Below, piece by piece: positions 10,507-19,314 of a stretch of 64,000 nucleotides of DNA. The notes below the pieces were generated by a model that saw only the letters and a list, made by a program, of their open reading frames with translations, ran no database searches and was not told where the DNA came from. Each line of letters begins with the position of its first letter. The stretch's first letter is position 1. Origin of the DNA: an uncultured delta proteobacterium (GTDB taxonomy: Bacteria > Desulfobacterota > Binatia > UBA9968). Position numbers and translations under genes: made by a program. Location of the stretch: positions 32,001 through 96,000 of the forward strand of contig CAVYTU010000015.1 of assembly GCA_963771465.1 (NCBI GenBank), written 5' to 3'.

Positions 10507-11157
10507 TCAGTTGAGGGTCACGTAGCGCTCCAGCCGCGCCACTTCTTTCTTATCCACATACTTGCCGATCTCTTTGCGAAACTGTTCGATAGTCGTGTAG
10601 GGCCGATACTCTTTGAACTCGCGCAGCATGCGCTTGCCCGTGCCGGGGATACTGAGTATGTCTTCGTCGCTGGCACCATTGAGACTCACCGGCACGAACA
10701 CATACTGTTCCAAGCGCGCTACTTCTTTGATGTCAACATATTTGCCGATCTCCTTACGAAACTGCGCCATGGTTTTATAGGGACGATACTCGCGGAATTC
10801 GCGCAGCATGCGGTTGCCGACCCCGGGGATCATGAGGATCTCTTCCTGGCTCGCCGTGTTGAGATTGATCTGCACGAACATCTTGGCGTAAAGCTCGGCA
10901 AGCTGCTCTTTGCTCAGCGATTTCGCCAAGAGCGCGTTCAAATCCGCCATGCGCGGGAACGGCCGCTGTTCGAGAATACTTTTAACCATCGCGGAGTTCA
11001 TATGCGGCAACGCAAGCAACTCTTTCTCGTGGGCCAGATCCGGATTGACTAACAGCGATTGCCCGACTTGACTGCGAACGATAGTGGCCGTGGCAAGAGC
11101 GAATACGACGATGCCCAGAAGGGCAAGTGAAGTTATTTTCATTCGAACCATATTCAT
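10507..11157 (-). CDS. Secreted helix-hairpin-helix repeat protein (ComEA-like HhH)
   Basis: Signal-like N-terminus; INLNTASQEEILMIPGVG and VSLNGASDEDILSIPGTG; 60-aa internal duplication. Confidence 0.8.
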   Translation of the reverse strand: MNMVRMKITSLALLGIVVFALATATIVRSQVGQSLLVNPDLAHEKELLALPHMNSAMVKSILEQRPFPRMADLNALLAKSLSKEQLAELYAKMFVQINLNTASQEEILMIPGVGNRMLREFREYRPYKTMAQFRKEIGKYVDIKEVARLEQYVFVPVSLNGASDEDILSIPGTGKRMLREFKEYRPYTTIEQFRKEIGKYVDKKEVARLERYVTLN

Positions 11158-11621
11158 TCTCCCCTTTTCTCCAACCCGCCCAGTGCCGGGTGTTTGTAGG
11201 TGTAAACCAATCCGATTAGTCCGAGCTGAACCATGGCGCCCGGCGCCAACAGCGGCGGCGCTTTGCCGCGAATCGCTTCCCAGAAGAGCGCCATGCCGTC
11301 CAGTTTTGGGTTCGACTCCAGCTTGAACTCGGCGCTTCCCTGAAAGTGAAAGTAGACGCCGGCCAAACCGCTAATCACGAATGCCAGCATCAACCAGCGC
11401 AGCGCTTGAGTGCTCATGGCGCTGCGACTCGACCAATGCCACGCCAGCGCGATCAACGCCGCGGCGAGCAGGATCAATGGAATCCACTGGCGCCAATCCT
11501 CGGTGTGCGCGAGCAAAATCAATTCCGTCGTGCTGCCCACCATTCCGAGGGCCAGAACCGCCAGAAGAATTTTACGCACGACCGCAAGAATCGCCGCGGC
11601 ATCAAACGTCACGGAGGTCAT
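11154..11621 (-). CDS. Hypothetical 4-TM membrane protein coupled to the HhH gene
   Basis: ELILLAHTED..QWIP, GVYFH, PPLLAPGAM; stop overlaps the next ATG (ATGA); start placed at ATG 11621 after GAGGA. Confidence 0.75.
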   Translation of the reverse strand: MTSVTFDAAAILAVVRKILLAVLALGMVGSTTELILLAHTEDWRQWIPLILLAAALIALAWHWSSRSAMSTQALRWLMLAFVISGLAGVYFHFQGSAEFKLESNPKLDGMALFWEAIRGKAPPLLAPGAMVQLGLIGLVYTYKHPALGGLEKRGE

Positions 11622-11834
11622 CGTAAGCGCGCTATCCTCGCCGTCGCCGTAGGACGACATACTTGGTTTGACGCTGGAACCACGCATAAGGTTTAGAACA
11701 TGGTGCGATATTTTCAATCGTCGCTACGAAGATTATTTCGCACGAATTGGAATTGCCACCAGCGCTTTTCTCCAACATAGGAATTCAGCGACTGGAAAGT
11801 TGTGATTTTTCCCCTACTATTTCCGCCGACCGAT

Positions 11835-11849
11835 TGGCCCCAGGCTTGC
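11835..11849 (+). promoter_or_regulatory. Putative sigma54 (-24/-12) promoter
   Basis: TGGCCCCAGGCTTGC matches TGGC-N7-TTGC with correct GG-N10-GC spacing, about 40 nt before ATG 11887. Confidence 0.55.
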
Positions 11850-11886
11850 GATTAGTAACGGCGAGATCGAATTACTGGGAGGAAAC

Positions 11887-12138
11887 ATGAAACGACATCT
11901 CATCCAAGGCATTATCGTTGGCACGCTCTTCGCTCTACCGATCACCTGGATTGCGGCACTGGACGCGTGGGCGGATGGTACGTATCTCGAAATACTTTCG
12001 ACCACCGTCTTCGGATTAGCCGCCGGCCTCTGCATTGGGGGTTTGATCGTCGCCAATTTTGCCATGCTCGATCTAGAGGACGAAGAAAAAGCCCACGCCC
12101 CGGCGCGCCGGCCCATCGAAGCCCACGCCAACGCGTGA
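11887..12138 (+). CDS. Small 2-TM hypothetical protein
   Basis: Strong GGAGGA RBS; two hydrophobic segments; acidic tail. Confidence 0.7.
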   Translation: MKRHLIQGIIVGTLFALPITWIAALDAWADGTYLEILSTTVFGLAAGLCIGGLIVANFAMLDLEDEEKAHAPARRPIEAHANA

Positions 12139-12239
12139 GTTGGAGCAGTTATCCCGAAGCTAAACTCCGCCCACGCCGGCGATCTCGAATAGAATATCGA
12201 CGAGCCCGCCGCAAGGCGATCGTCGAAGAATCGATCAGG

Positions 12240-12551
12240 TCAGACGAACAGCACGAACATTTTCATCATCAGAAAAATGCCGAGGCAGGAGTACACGTAA
12301 GCAAGAACGGTCAACCCTTGAGTCGCGACGACACCAACCCTGTGGCGCAGTAAAAAAATCAGAATAACCAGCGCGCAGCCGAGCACCTTGCCGTAAAGCA
12401 GCCCGCCCATCACGCCCCAGTTGGTAATAAACGTAGCGACTACCGGATTTTCTTCCGGCACACCGGCAGCGAGGATGTGATAGGACGCCAGTCCGTCCAC
12501 GATCTGAAGTAACAAATTCACGACCAAGAGTTGAACGAGCGAAGCGTGCAT
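12240..12551 (-). CDS. DUF5658-like small membrane protein
   Basis: N.LLQ.VDGLASY....G..E.NP motif followed by a TM helix with Lys. Confidence 0.7.
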   Translation of the reverse strand: MHASLVQLLVVNLLLQIVDGLASYHILAAGVPEENPVVATFITNWGVMGGLLYGKVLGCALVILIFLLRHRVGVVATQGLTVLAYVYSCLGIFLMMKMFVLFV

Positions 12552-12880
12552 AGCCGGCGTCCAGCAAGATACTTATTTGCCCAACGATCAGCTTGTCGCA
12601 ATCTGTGCGTGCAAGCAGACCAGATTGTCGATGGGTAATTGCCAATGCCATGCCGCGCCAATTCGTCATCGAATGAATAGTTTTACTCCCAAAAATTGAC
12701 GTAGGTCATTTTACAGATTGCCCGCAAATTCGCTTTTCTACGGCAGAACGGGCAACCATATCCTCATGCGCTCCACAGGGTTACTCCACTTGTGCTGACG
12801 CTGCCAACGCAAATAGGTTAGAATCACTCAATCCAGCTATCGATTTGCGCTCGAAGTCTATTTTTTCCAGGGAGAAATTC

Positions 12881-13564
12881 ATGAATACTTGGCTAAACCC
12901 GCTGCGCCGTTCCGCACTCGTACTATTTGTGCTTCTTGTGTGCGCCGGCGCGGACGCCGGCGAGTCGACGCCGGTGTTGACCGCGCGCGACTATGACGTG
13001 CCGCTTTATGCGCGGCAGGATCCGGAAAGCGAACCGCTCGGTAGGCTTCAACAAGGCGAAGTGCTCACGCCCATCATCGAAAGCGTCGGCCAAGAAATCT
13101 GGTACATGGTGCGGACTAAACAAGGGCAGGTCGGCTGGGTGCGCGGCGCCGACGTTGTCGTCAGTAGCCAAGTCAAAGACACGTTTAGAGAAAAAGAAAC
13201 GGCGTCATCGTCGTGGGCGGCGCGCACCGAGGACGGCCGGACGTTCGTCGGCACTTTCACCGTCGCGCCGAACCCAACGGCACGCGCCGCGCGCGGTTTC
13301 TGGACCCTCAAGGACGCCGGCGGCGCCACCGTTATGAGCGGGGGCTGGTCGGCCGAGATGCACACGACGGGTGTGAACGGCACTTGGCGAGCCTCCGCCG
13401 AAGGACGGCAGGGCGATTTTAGCGGCAGTTGGTCGGCTGAACTGGCGCAAGGGAAGAAGGTCGGACTGATGGAAATGTTCGAAGCCGCTATCCAGGACGC
13501 CGTCCGCGGCCTATGGACCGGTGGCGGCCAGTCCGGCAGTTGGACGATCCGGACTTTTAAGTAA
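12881..13564 (+). CDS. Secreted SH3b-domain protein with Gly/Trp-rich beta C-terminal domain
   Basis: Signal peptide; SH3b-like GRLQQGEVL...WYMVRT..GQVGWV; repeated G-x-W strands; ATG 12881 after GGAG. Confidence 0.7.
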   Translation: MNTWLNPLRRSALVLFVLLVCAGADAGESTPVLTARDYDVPLYARQDPESEPLGRLQQGEVLTPIIESVGQEIWYMVRTKQGQVGWVRGADVVVSSQVKDTFREKETASSSWAARTEDGRTFVGTFTVAPNPTARAARGFWTLKDAGGATVMSGGWSAEMHTTGVNGTWRASAEGRQGDFSGSWSAELAQGKKVGLMEMFEAAIQDAVRGLWTGGGQSGSWTIRTFK

Positions 13565-13768
13565 ATCAGCTCCAAGTTCACCTCGAATAGAATTGTCATT
13601 AGATCGTTCTGAATCGGCAAATATAGCAATTTTTTTTCCGCTCATAATGAGTCTGTGATACCATCGGGCGGCGTCTCGAGTTCTCGGCCACAAATCGAGT
13701 AGTCCAACGTATCTTGTCGATCAGTGAGGGCCGATCGAATTCACGAGTAACAACTGCTAGGAGAACAC

Positions 13769-14596
13769 TTGATGGATTCGCCCGCCATGCCCCGTTTTGA
13801 AGCGATGACGTTCGGCGCCCTGCTCGATCGCGCCTTTCGGCTCTATGCTAACAATTTTGCTCTTTTGCTCGGCATCACAGCGGTTGCCTATGTGCCGCTT
13901 TACGCCCTGATACTGGTGATTCATGCGAGCCTCACCGGGGGCGTCAGCGCGACCGCTAGCCTGTCGGCGCTCGTCGTCCAGGTGATGTTTATCATCTTGT
14001 GGGCCAGCATCGCGCTACCGATCTCAACCGGCGCCGCCACTTTCGCCATCAGTGAACGTTACTTGGGTAATCCGGTTACCAGCGCCGAAGCGCTGCACCA
14101 CGCGCTGAAAAATCTTTGGACGATGTCCATCGCCCAACTGAGCGCCGGGGTGCGCATCATGATCGGCTTCATTCTGTTGATCGTCCCCGGAATTCTCTGG
14201 TCGCTTTCGTACGCCCTGATCATCCCAGCGGTGATGGTCGAAGGCCTCAAAGCCGGCCCCAGTCTCAAGCGCAGCGCCGAGCTCGCCAAAGGCCACCGCG
14301 GCAAAGTTTTCGCGATCATGGTGGTGATCAATCTCCTCGTGATACTGCTTAGCTCCGGCGTCGGCAGCATCGCCAAGCTGGCGTTGGACGTGGAATCCAC
14401 CGGCGGCGCGATATTCGCCAATGCCATCGACAACTCGGTAACCATCCTGCTTACTCCGTTAGGCATCGTCGCGAACATTCTGCTCTATTACGATCTGCGC
14501 ATTCGCAAAGAGGGCTTCGATTTGGAAATGCTCAGCCGCTCCTTTGGCACCGCCAGCGCCAACCCCGGCGCCCCGGCGCTTGCGTCCGATCCATGA
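13769..14596 (+). CDS. Integral membrane protein (GDPD-membrane-domain-like) opening the MoxR locus
   Basis: M.FG.LLDRAFRLY, PAVMVEG....SLKRS..L.KG, LLYYDLRIRKEGFDLE. Confidence 0.75.
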   Translation: MMDSPAMPRFEAMTFGALLDRAFRLYANNFALLLGITAVAYVPLYALILVIHASLTGGVSATASLSALVVQVMFIILWASIALPISTGAATFAISERYLGNPVTSAEALHHALKNLWTMSIAQLSAGVRIMIGFILLIVPGILWSLSYALIIPAVMVEGLKAGPSLKRSAELAKGHRGKVFAIMVVINLLVILLSSGVGSIAKLALDVESTGGAIFANAIDNSVTILLTPLGIVANILLYYDLRIRKEGFDLEMLSRSFGTASANPGAPALASDP

Positions 14597-14704
14597 ACTG
14601 CGGTCGCAATGGAGCGAGTCGCAGCACGAGAATTTTTTGGACGCCCTCGCCGCTAGATCTGCGGTGAATTACCGTCACAGTAATTACGTAAACCCGAATT
14701 TTTA

Positions 14705-15367
14705 ATGGCCGCTGCACAAGTCCCCGATCCCGAAACCATCCGCAACGTCGCTCGGCAGATTGTCAATCAGCCGGAGTACAATGAGCCATGGCCGTGGCTC
14801 GAGAAGCTGGTCGCGTTCGGCAACATGATCAAAGACTGGCTCAACCATCTGGAAGCCTGGGCCGCCGCCAATCCGCAGCTAGCGCGAGTGCTCGCCATCG
14901 TGATCGTGATTCTTCTGCTGCTTTTGTTGATCCATCTCCTTTATCTTGCTTTTGGCGACTTGATGCCGTGGAAAAAAAATCGCGGCAATCTGTCGCCGCG
15001 CTCTTCGCGCTGGGAAATCTTGGAAGGGACCGCGACCAACTGGCGCGAGGCGGCGGCGCTCGCGCTACGCTTGCTGCAAGAAGGCAACCTGCGCCGCGCC
15101 GTGTGGATCGCCCATCGGGTCATGCTCGGCCTGTTGGACGAGCGCGGCGCGATCAAATTCGCCGGGTGGAAAACCAACTCCCATTACTTGCGGGAATGCG
15201 CCGCCAGCCATCCCTGGTACACCACCTTCGCCGAGCTGAGCTCGGTCTATGAGCGCGCGGTCTACGCGCAGCGGCCCACCGTCACTACTGCCGTAGAATC
15301 GCTAGTCCAGCGCGTTGACGCCATGACCAAGGAAATAGATCGAGAGATTGCCCATGACGCTCGATAA
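14705..15367 (+). CDS. DUF4129 domain membrane protein
   Basis: Single TM, then A...G..RRAV...L...G.I...KTNSHY..E...F..L...YE...Y. Confidence 0.8.
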   Translation: MAAAQVPDPETIRNVARQIVNQPEYNEPWPWLEKLVAFGNMIKDWLNHLEAWAAANPQLARVLAIVIVILLLLLLIHLLYLAFGDLMPWKKNRGNLSPRSSRWEILEGTATNWREAAALALRLLQEGNLRRAVWIAHRVMLGLLDERGAIKFAGWKTNSHYLRECAASHPWYTTFAELSSVYERAVYAQRPTVTTAVESLVQRVDAMTKEIDREIAHDAR

Positions 15368-16574
15368 GCGCAACTGGATGCTCGCCGGCGCCGCGATTGT
15401 GCTGCTATTCGCGCTCGCGGCGGTCTTGGCATCGCTTTCCGGCGATCGGCGCTCGGACGATTTTCTGCGCCGCCCGTCGACCTATTTTACCGATCCAAGC
15501 GGCGCCCGGGCATTGTTGCTCGTCATGCGCAAACTGCTGCCCGCAGCCGAGCAGTGGCGCAAACCGCTGACGCAACTGCCGCTGCCCGATCAGCCGCACG
15601 CCGTCAATACTTTGATCGTCGCAAGCCCGCTCCTGCCGCTAGCAAAAACCGAAGCCGCACATCTCGATCGCTGGCTCGCCCATGGCGGCCAATTGATTCT
15701 CGCCAGCAGTGACGGCTGGCCGGTGCGCCAGCGGGCAGTGAATGAAAGCGGCAACGAGGGGACGAGCGAGCAAGAGAATAAACCGGATGTGAAAAAAACC
15801 AGCTACCTGTTCACCCACGCACCGGCGCTGCAATGGTCCAAAGCGAGACGAATCAACACCGGCGAAGTGAACGGCCCGTCGATACCGAGTAAATCGCTGA
15901 ATCTAAGGTGGCAGCAACACTTCAGCACGACCGGTGCAGCGAAAATCCTCGCCGCGTCAGATACTGCCGTGCTGGCGGTGGAGTTACCCGTCGGCCAAGG
16001 ACGCATCGTCGCCATTGCCGACCCGACCGTGCTGAATAACCGCGCACTGCGCGCCGCTGACAACGCGGTTTGGTTAGTGACCCTGGCCGCCGCCTGGGGC
16101 AACGGCGTGACTTACTTCGACGAATACCATCACGGCTTTGGCGTTCAAAAGAGCGCCGTCAGCCTAGCCTGGGCCTTTGCCAAAACTCCCTGGGGCTGGT
16201 GCGTTGGCCAGATTGCCGCCGCCGGCTTGCTCTACATCTTTGTCTATCGCCGGCGCTTCGGGCGCATCAGCGAAGCGCCGGCAGCCACTCATTCGAATCC
16301 CCTCGAACTGGTCGACGCCCGCGCCGGCATATTTCACGCCGCCGGCGCCCAGCGCTTGGCGGCGCAGTCGATCATGCAAAATTTATCGCAGGAGCTAAGC
16401 CAAGCGCACGGTCGGACGATCGATGTGGCGAGGGTAAGCGAGTACGCCGATAAGAGTTTGGCCGAGCTGCAAGCGCTCGCGGCTAAAACCGAGCGCGGTG
16501 AGAAGCTGAGCGATCGCGAGTTTATCCAACTAGGCCGCTTGGCCGGCGTAGTGAGCAAAGGACGCAAACCGTGA
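15348..16574 (+). CDS. DUF4350 domain protein
   Basis: STY...P.GA.AL, L..WL..GG.LILA, GQGRIVAIADP..LNN, FDEYHHG, RRRFG. Confidence 0.85.
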   Translation: MPMTLDKRNWMLAGAAIVLLFALAAVLASLSGDRRSDDFLRRPSTYFTDPSGARALLLVMRKLLPAAEQWRKPLTQLPLPDQPHAVNTLIVASPLLPLAKTEAAHLDRWLAHGGQLILASSDGWPVRQRAVNESGNEGTSEQENKPDVKKTSYLFTHAPALQWSKARRINTGEVNGPSIPSKSLNLRWQQHFSTTGAAKILAASDTAVLAVELPVGQGRIVAIADPTVLNNRALRAADNAVWLVTLAAAWGNGVTYFDEYHHGFGVQKSAVSLAWAFAKTPWGWCVGQIAAAGLLYIFVYRRRFGRISEAPAATHSNPLELVDARAGIFHAAGAQRLAAQSIMQNLSQELSQAHGRTIDVARVSEYADKSLAELQALAAKTERGEKLSDREFIQLGRLAGVVSKGRKP

Positions 16575-16594
16575 GCGAAGACGAGAAACCAGTA

Positions 16595-16676
16595 TTCACC
16601 ACGAAGGACACGAAGCGCACGAAATTCGAGTTTGAATTATCCTACGCTTCGCGGCCTTCGTGATCTTCGTGGTGAA
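16595..16676. repeat. REPIN-like inverted repeat with 9-mer CACGAAG units
   Basis: TTCACCACGAAGGACACGAAGCGCACGAA ... TTCGCGGCCTTCGTGATCTTCGTGGTGAA. Confidence 0.75.
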
Positions 16677-16703
16677 AATAATTTCCGCGTAAAGGCATAC
16701 TAC

Positions 16704-17672
16704 ATGAACGAAACCAACCTCGCACCGGATATGTTGAATCTCGGCCGCGCCGTGCAGAGCGAAATCGAGCGCGTCATCCACGGACAACCGGCAGCGATCC
16801 AGAATTTACTTGTCGCATTGACCGCCGGCGGCCACGTTTTGCTCGAAGGCGTGCCCGGCGTCGCCAAGACACTCTTGGCGCGCAGCCTCGCCGCCGCGCT
16901 TCGCTGCACGTTCGCGCGCATTCAGTTCACGCCCGATTTGATGCCGTCGGACATCACCGGCGTCAACGTCTTTAACGCCGCTGCGGGTAATTTTGCATTT
17001 CGCCCCGGGCCGCTGTTCGCCGATATCGTGCTCGCCGACGAGATTAACCGCGCGCCGGCGAAAACCCAGTCGGCGCTGCTCGAAGCGATGCAAGAGTATC
17101 AAGTCAGTATCGACGGCGAGACCCGGCCGCTGCCGCCGAGCTTTACAGTCGTCGCCACGCAAAATCCCATCGAGTACGAGGGAACCTACCCGTTGCCCGA
17201 AGCGCAGCTCGACCGCTTTCTCTTGAAGATCGTGATCGATTATCCCGGCGAGGATGACGAACGAGCGATGCTCAAGACCATGCAGTCGTTGGGCGAGCGG
17301 TCCGCCAAGCCGCATGGCGTTATCCAACCGGTCGCCGGGCCGGAGCAGCTGGCACAACTGCGGGCGCAGATGCACGCCGTCCGGGTCGACGACGCGGTGC
17401 TCGAATATGGGCTCAGAATCATTCGCCAATCGCGCTCGCTGCCGAGCCTCACCCTCGGCGCCAGTCCGCGCGCCGCGTTGATGCTGCTGCAAGCCGCCAA
17501 AGCGTTGGCGCTGCTGCGCGGCCGTGATTACGTCACGCCGGATGAAATCCAAGTGATGGCGCCAACCGTGCTGCGCCACCGCGTTCGGCTCACCCCCGAA
17601 GCGGAGATCGAAGGCTTGAGCGCGGATAGCTGCATTCAGTCGCTGCTGTCGCAAGTGGAAATTCCGCGCTAG
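16704..17672 (+). CDS. moxR: MoxR-family AAA+ ATPase
   Basis: HVLLEGVPGVAKT, RIQFTPDLMPSDITG, LADEINRAPAKTQSALLEAM, ATQNPIEYEGTYPLPEAQLDRF, GASPRA; start ATG 16704. Confidence 0.95.
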   Translation: MNETNLAPDMLNLGRAVQSEIERVIHGQPAAIQNLLVALTAGGHVLLEGVPGVAKTLLARSLAAALRCTFARIQFTPDLMPSDITGVNVFNAAAGNFAFRPGPLFADIVLADEINRAPAKTQSALLEAMQEYQVSIDGETRPLPPSFTVVATQNPIEYEGTYPLPEAQLDRFLLKIVIDYPGEDDERAMLKTMQSLGERSAKPHGVIQPVAGPEQLAQLRAQMHAVRVDDAVLEYGLRIIRQSRSLPSLTLGASPRAALMLLQAAKALALLRGRDYVTPDEIQVMAPTVLRHRVRLTPEAEIEGLSADSCIQSLLSQVEIPR

Positions 17673-17711
17673 CCCGAATTATGTTACGAGGAAGCCTGAC
17701 GACACTGTGTT

Positions 17712-17885
17712 GATCGAGGTGTGACCCTGAAGGAACGAAGGCACCGCCGCGAATATTTCATCTTGGGCTCAGCGCTCGGCACGATGTTTGATTTTTTCAC
17801 TGCTGTTCTCATGAGCAGCTCGCCGCGCTTGCAGCTTCAAGGCACGACTGCTTTGCCTTCGTTCCGGAAGGGTCGCACCTTGACC
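17712..17885. mobile_element. 174-bp MITE/REPIN-like element, copy 2
   Basis: Same length and TIRs as 8687-8860; 35 mismatches and no gaps by hand alignment. Confidence 0.75.
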
Positions 17886-17926
17886 GCAATTTTGCCGCGA
17901 ATAATCCACGCTAGCTGAGGTCAACC

Positions 17927-19243
17927 ATTTCTCTCATACCGACACTGCGCTTGATTCGGCTGCTCACGCTCGGGGCATTTTTCTGGCTGCCCGCCGCGTT
18001 TATTGCCGGCGGCGCGCTGGCGGGAATATTGTTTCTGGCGATTCTGTTTGCCCTCTGTTGGCGTGATTGGCGAACGATTCCTGCTGCCAGCCAATTGAGC
18101 GCCCGGCGCGAACTGCCGCCCCGTTTTTCCCTCGACGTCGAGCATCAGATCAAGCTGACCCTCGCCAATCGCTCAGCTCGAGCACTGCCCATCGCCGTGC
18201 GCGATGAGTTGCCCGACGTGTTCGAGCTTGAAACTAAATTACCTGCGGGGCAATTACCGGCTAACGGCGAGGCACAGTTCACCTACCACGTACGGCCGCG
18301 CCAGCGCGGCGCCTTCGCTTTCGGCGACGTCGTCGTAAGGGTCAGCGGCGCCACCGCGCTGATGCAAAAACAATTCTCTCTGGCCGTCGCCGACAGTGTC
18401 AAAGTTTATCCTAACTTCAAAGGCGTCGAACGTTACGAGCTGCTCGCTAAAATCGACGAGCGCGCGGAGTTGGTACGCCGACCGCGCTATCTGCGCGCGC
18501 CGGGCACCGACTTCGAAAGCTTGCGTCCTTACATTGCTGGCGAAGATCCACGCGCCATCGATTGGAAAGCCACCGCGCGGCGCGGTGCGCCGATCGCCAA
18601 GAACAAGCAGGTCGAGAAGGGCCAGCAGGTGGCGATCTTACTCGACGCTGGCAGGCTGATGGCCGGCACGGTCGGCAAGTACGCCAAGTTGGAACACGCG
18701 ATGAATGCGACGGTGATGCTCAGCTATGTCGCGCAAAAGCGGGGCGACGCCCTCGCCGTCGCGTCCTTTTCGAATAAGATCGAGTCGTTCCTACCGATGG
18801 TGCGCGGCCCGGCGTTGATGCCGCGAGTGCTGGAGTCGCTCTATCCGGTGCAAGTCCGGCCGGTGGAATCCGACTACTGGCAGGTCATCGCCGAGGTGAT
18901 GAACATGCTCAAACGGCGCAGCCTCGTGGTCTTGCTCACCGACGTGCTCGACCCGTCGGCCAGCGCTGGCTTGATCAATAATCTCGCGCGCGCCGCCGAT
19001 CGTCACTTGGTCCTATGCGTGGTCTTGACCGAGCCGAAGATTCGCGAGCTCGCGGAACAGATTCCGGCGACGGTCGTCGAGACCTATCAAAAAGCCGCCG
19101 CCGCTGACCTACGCCGGCGCCGCCGTCGCGCGCTCGAACAAATGCGCGCCCGCGGCATTCTCGTGCTCGAAACCGATCCCGAACATCTAAGCGTTCAGCT
19201 GGTGAAACGCTATCTGGCGATCCGCCAAGCCGACCTGCAGTAA
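17927..19243 (+). CDS. DUF58 domain protein (vWA-like MoxR partner)
   Basis: GTDFESLRPY..GED.R.IDWKATAR, ILLDAGRLM, RRSLVVLLTD; start either TTG 17951 or in-frame ATT 17927 behind GAGG. Confidence 0.9.
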   Translation: MSLIPTLRLIRLLTLGAFFWLPAAFIAGGALAGILFLAILFALCWRDWRTIPAASQLSARRELPPRFSLDVEHQIKLTLANRSARALPIAVRDELPDVFELETKLPAGQLPANGEAQFTYHVRPRQRGAFAFGDVVVRVSGATALMQKQFSLAVADSVKVYPNFKGVERYELLAKIDERAELVRRPRYLRAPGTDFESLRPYIAGEDPRAIDWKATARRGAPIAKNKQVEKGQQVAILLDAGRLMAGTVGKYAKLEHAMNATVMLSYVAQKRGDALAVASFSNKIESFLPMVRGPALMPRVLESLYPVQVRPVESDYWQVIAEVMNMLKRRSLVVLLTDVLDPSASAGLINNLARAADRHLVLCVVLTEPKIRELAEQIPATVVETYQKAAAADLRRRRRRALEQMRARGILVLETDPEHLSVQLVKRYLAIRQADLQ

Positions 19244-19314
19244 TGAGGAGTTGTCCAGGTTATTGTGACGCAGGGAAAGCTTCTTCCCGGTAAACGCCGA
19301 CAAGCGATAAAATC

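Noticed and set aside
10381-11052. 223-aa + strand ORF with internal repeats
   Set aside because: Antisense shadow of the HhH repeat gene; the repeats derive from that gene
12640-12665. Possible sigma54 promoter for the DUF5658-like gene
   Set aside because: GG-GC spacing is 9 nt rather than the required 10
16632-16703. N-terminal extension of MoxR in the ORF track
   Set aside because: It is translated REPIN sequence; ATG 16704 gives a normal MoxR length
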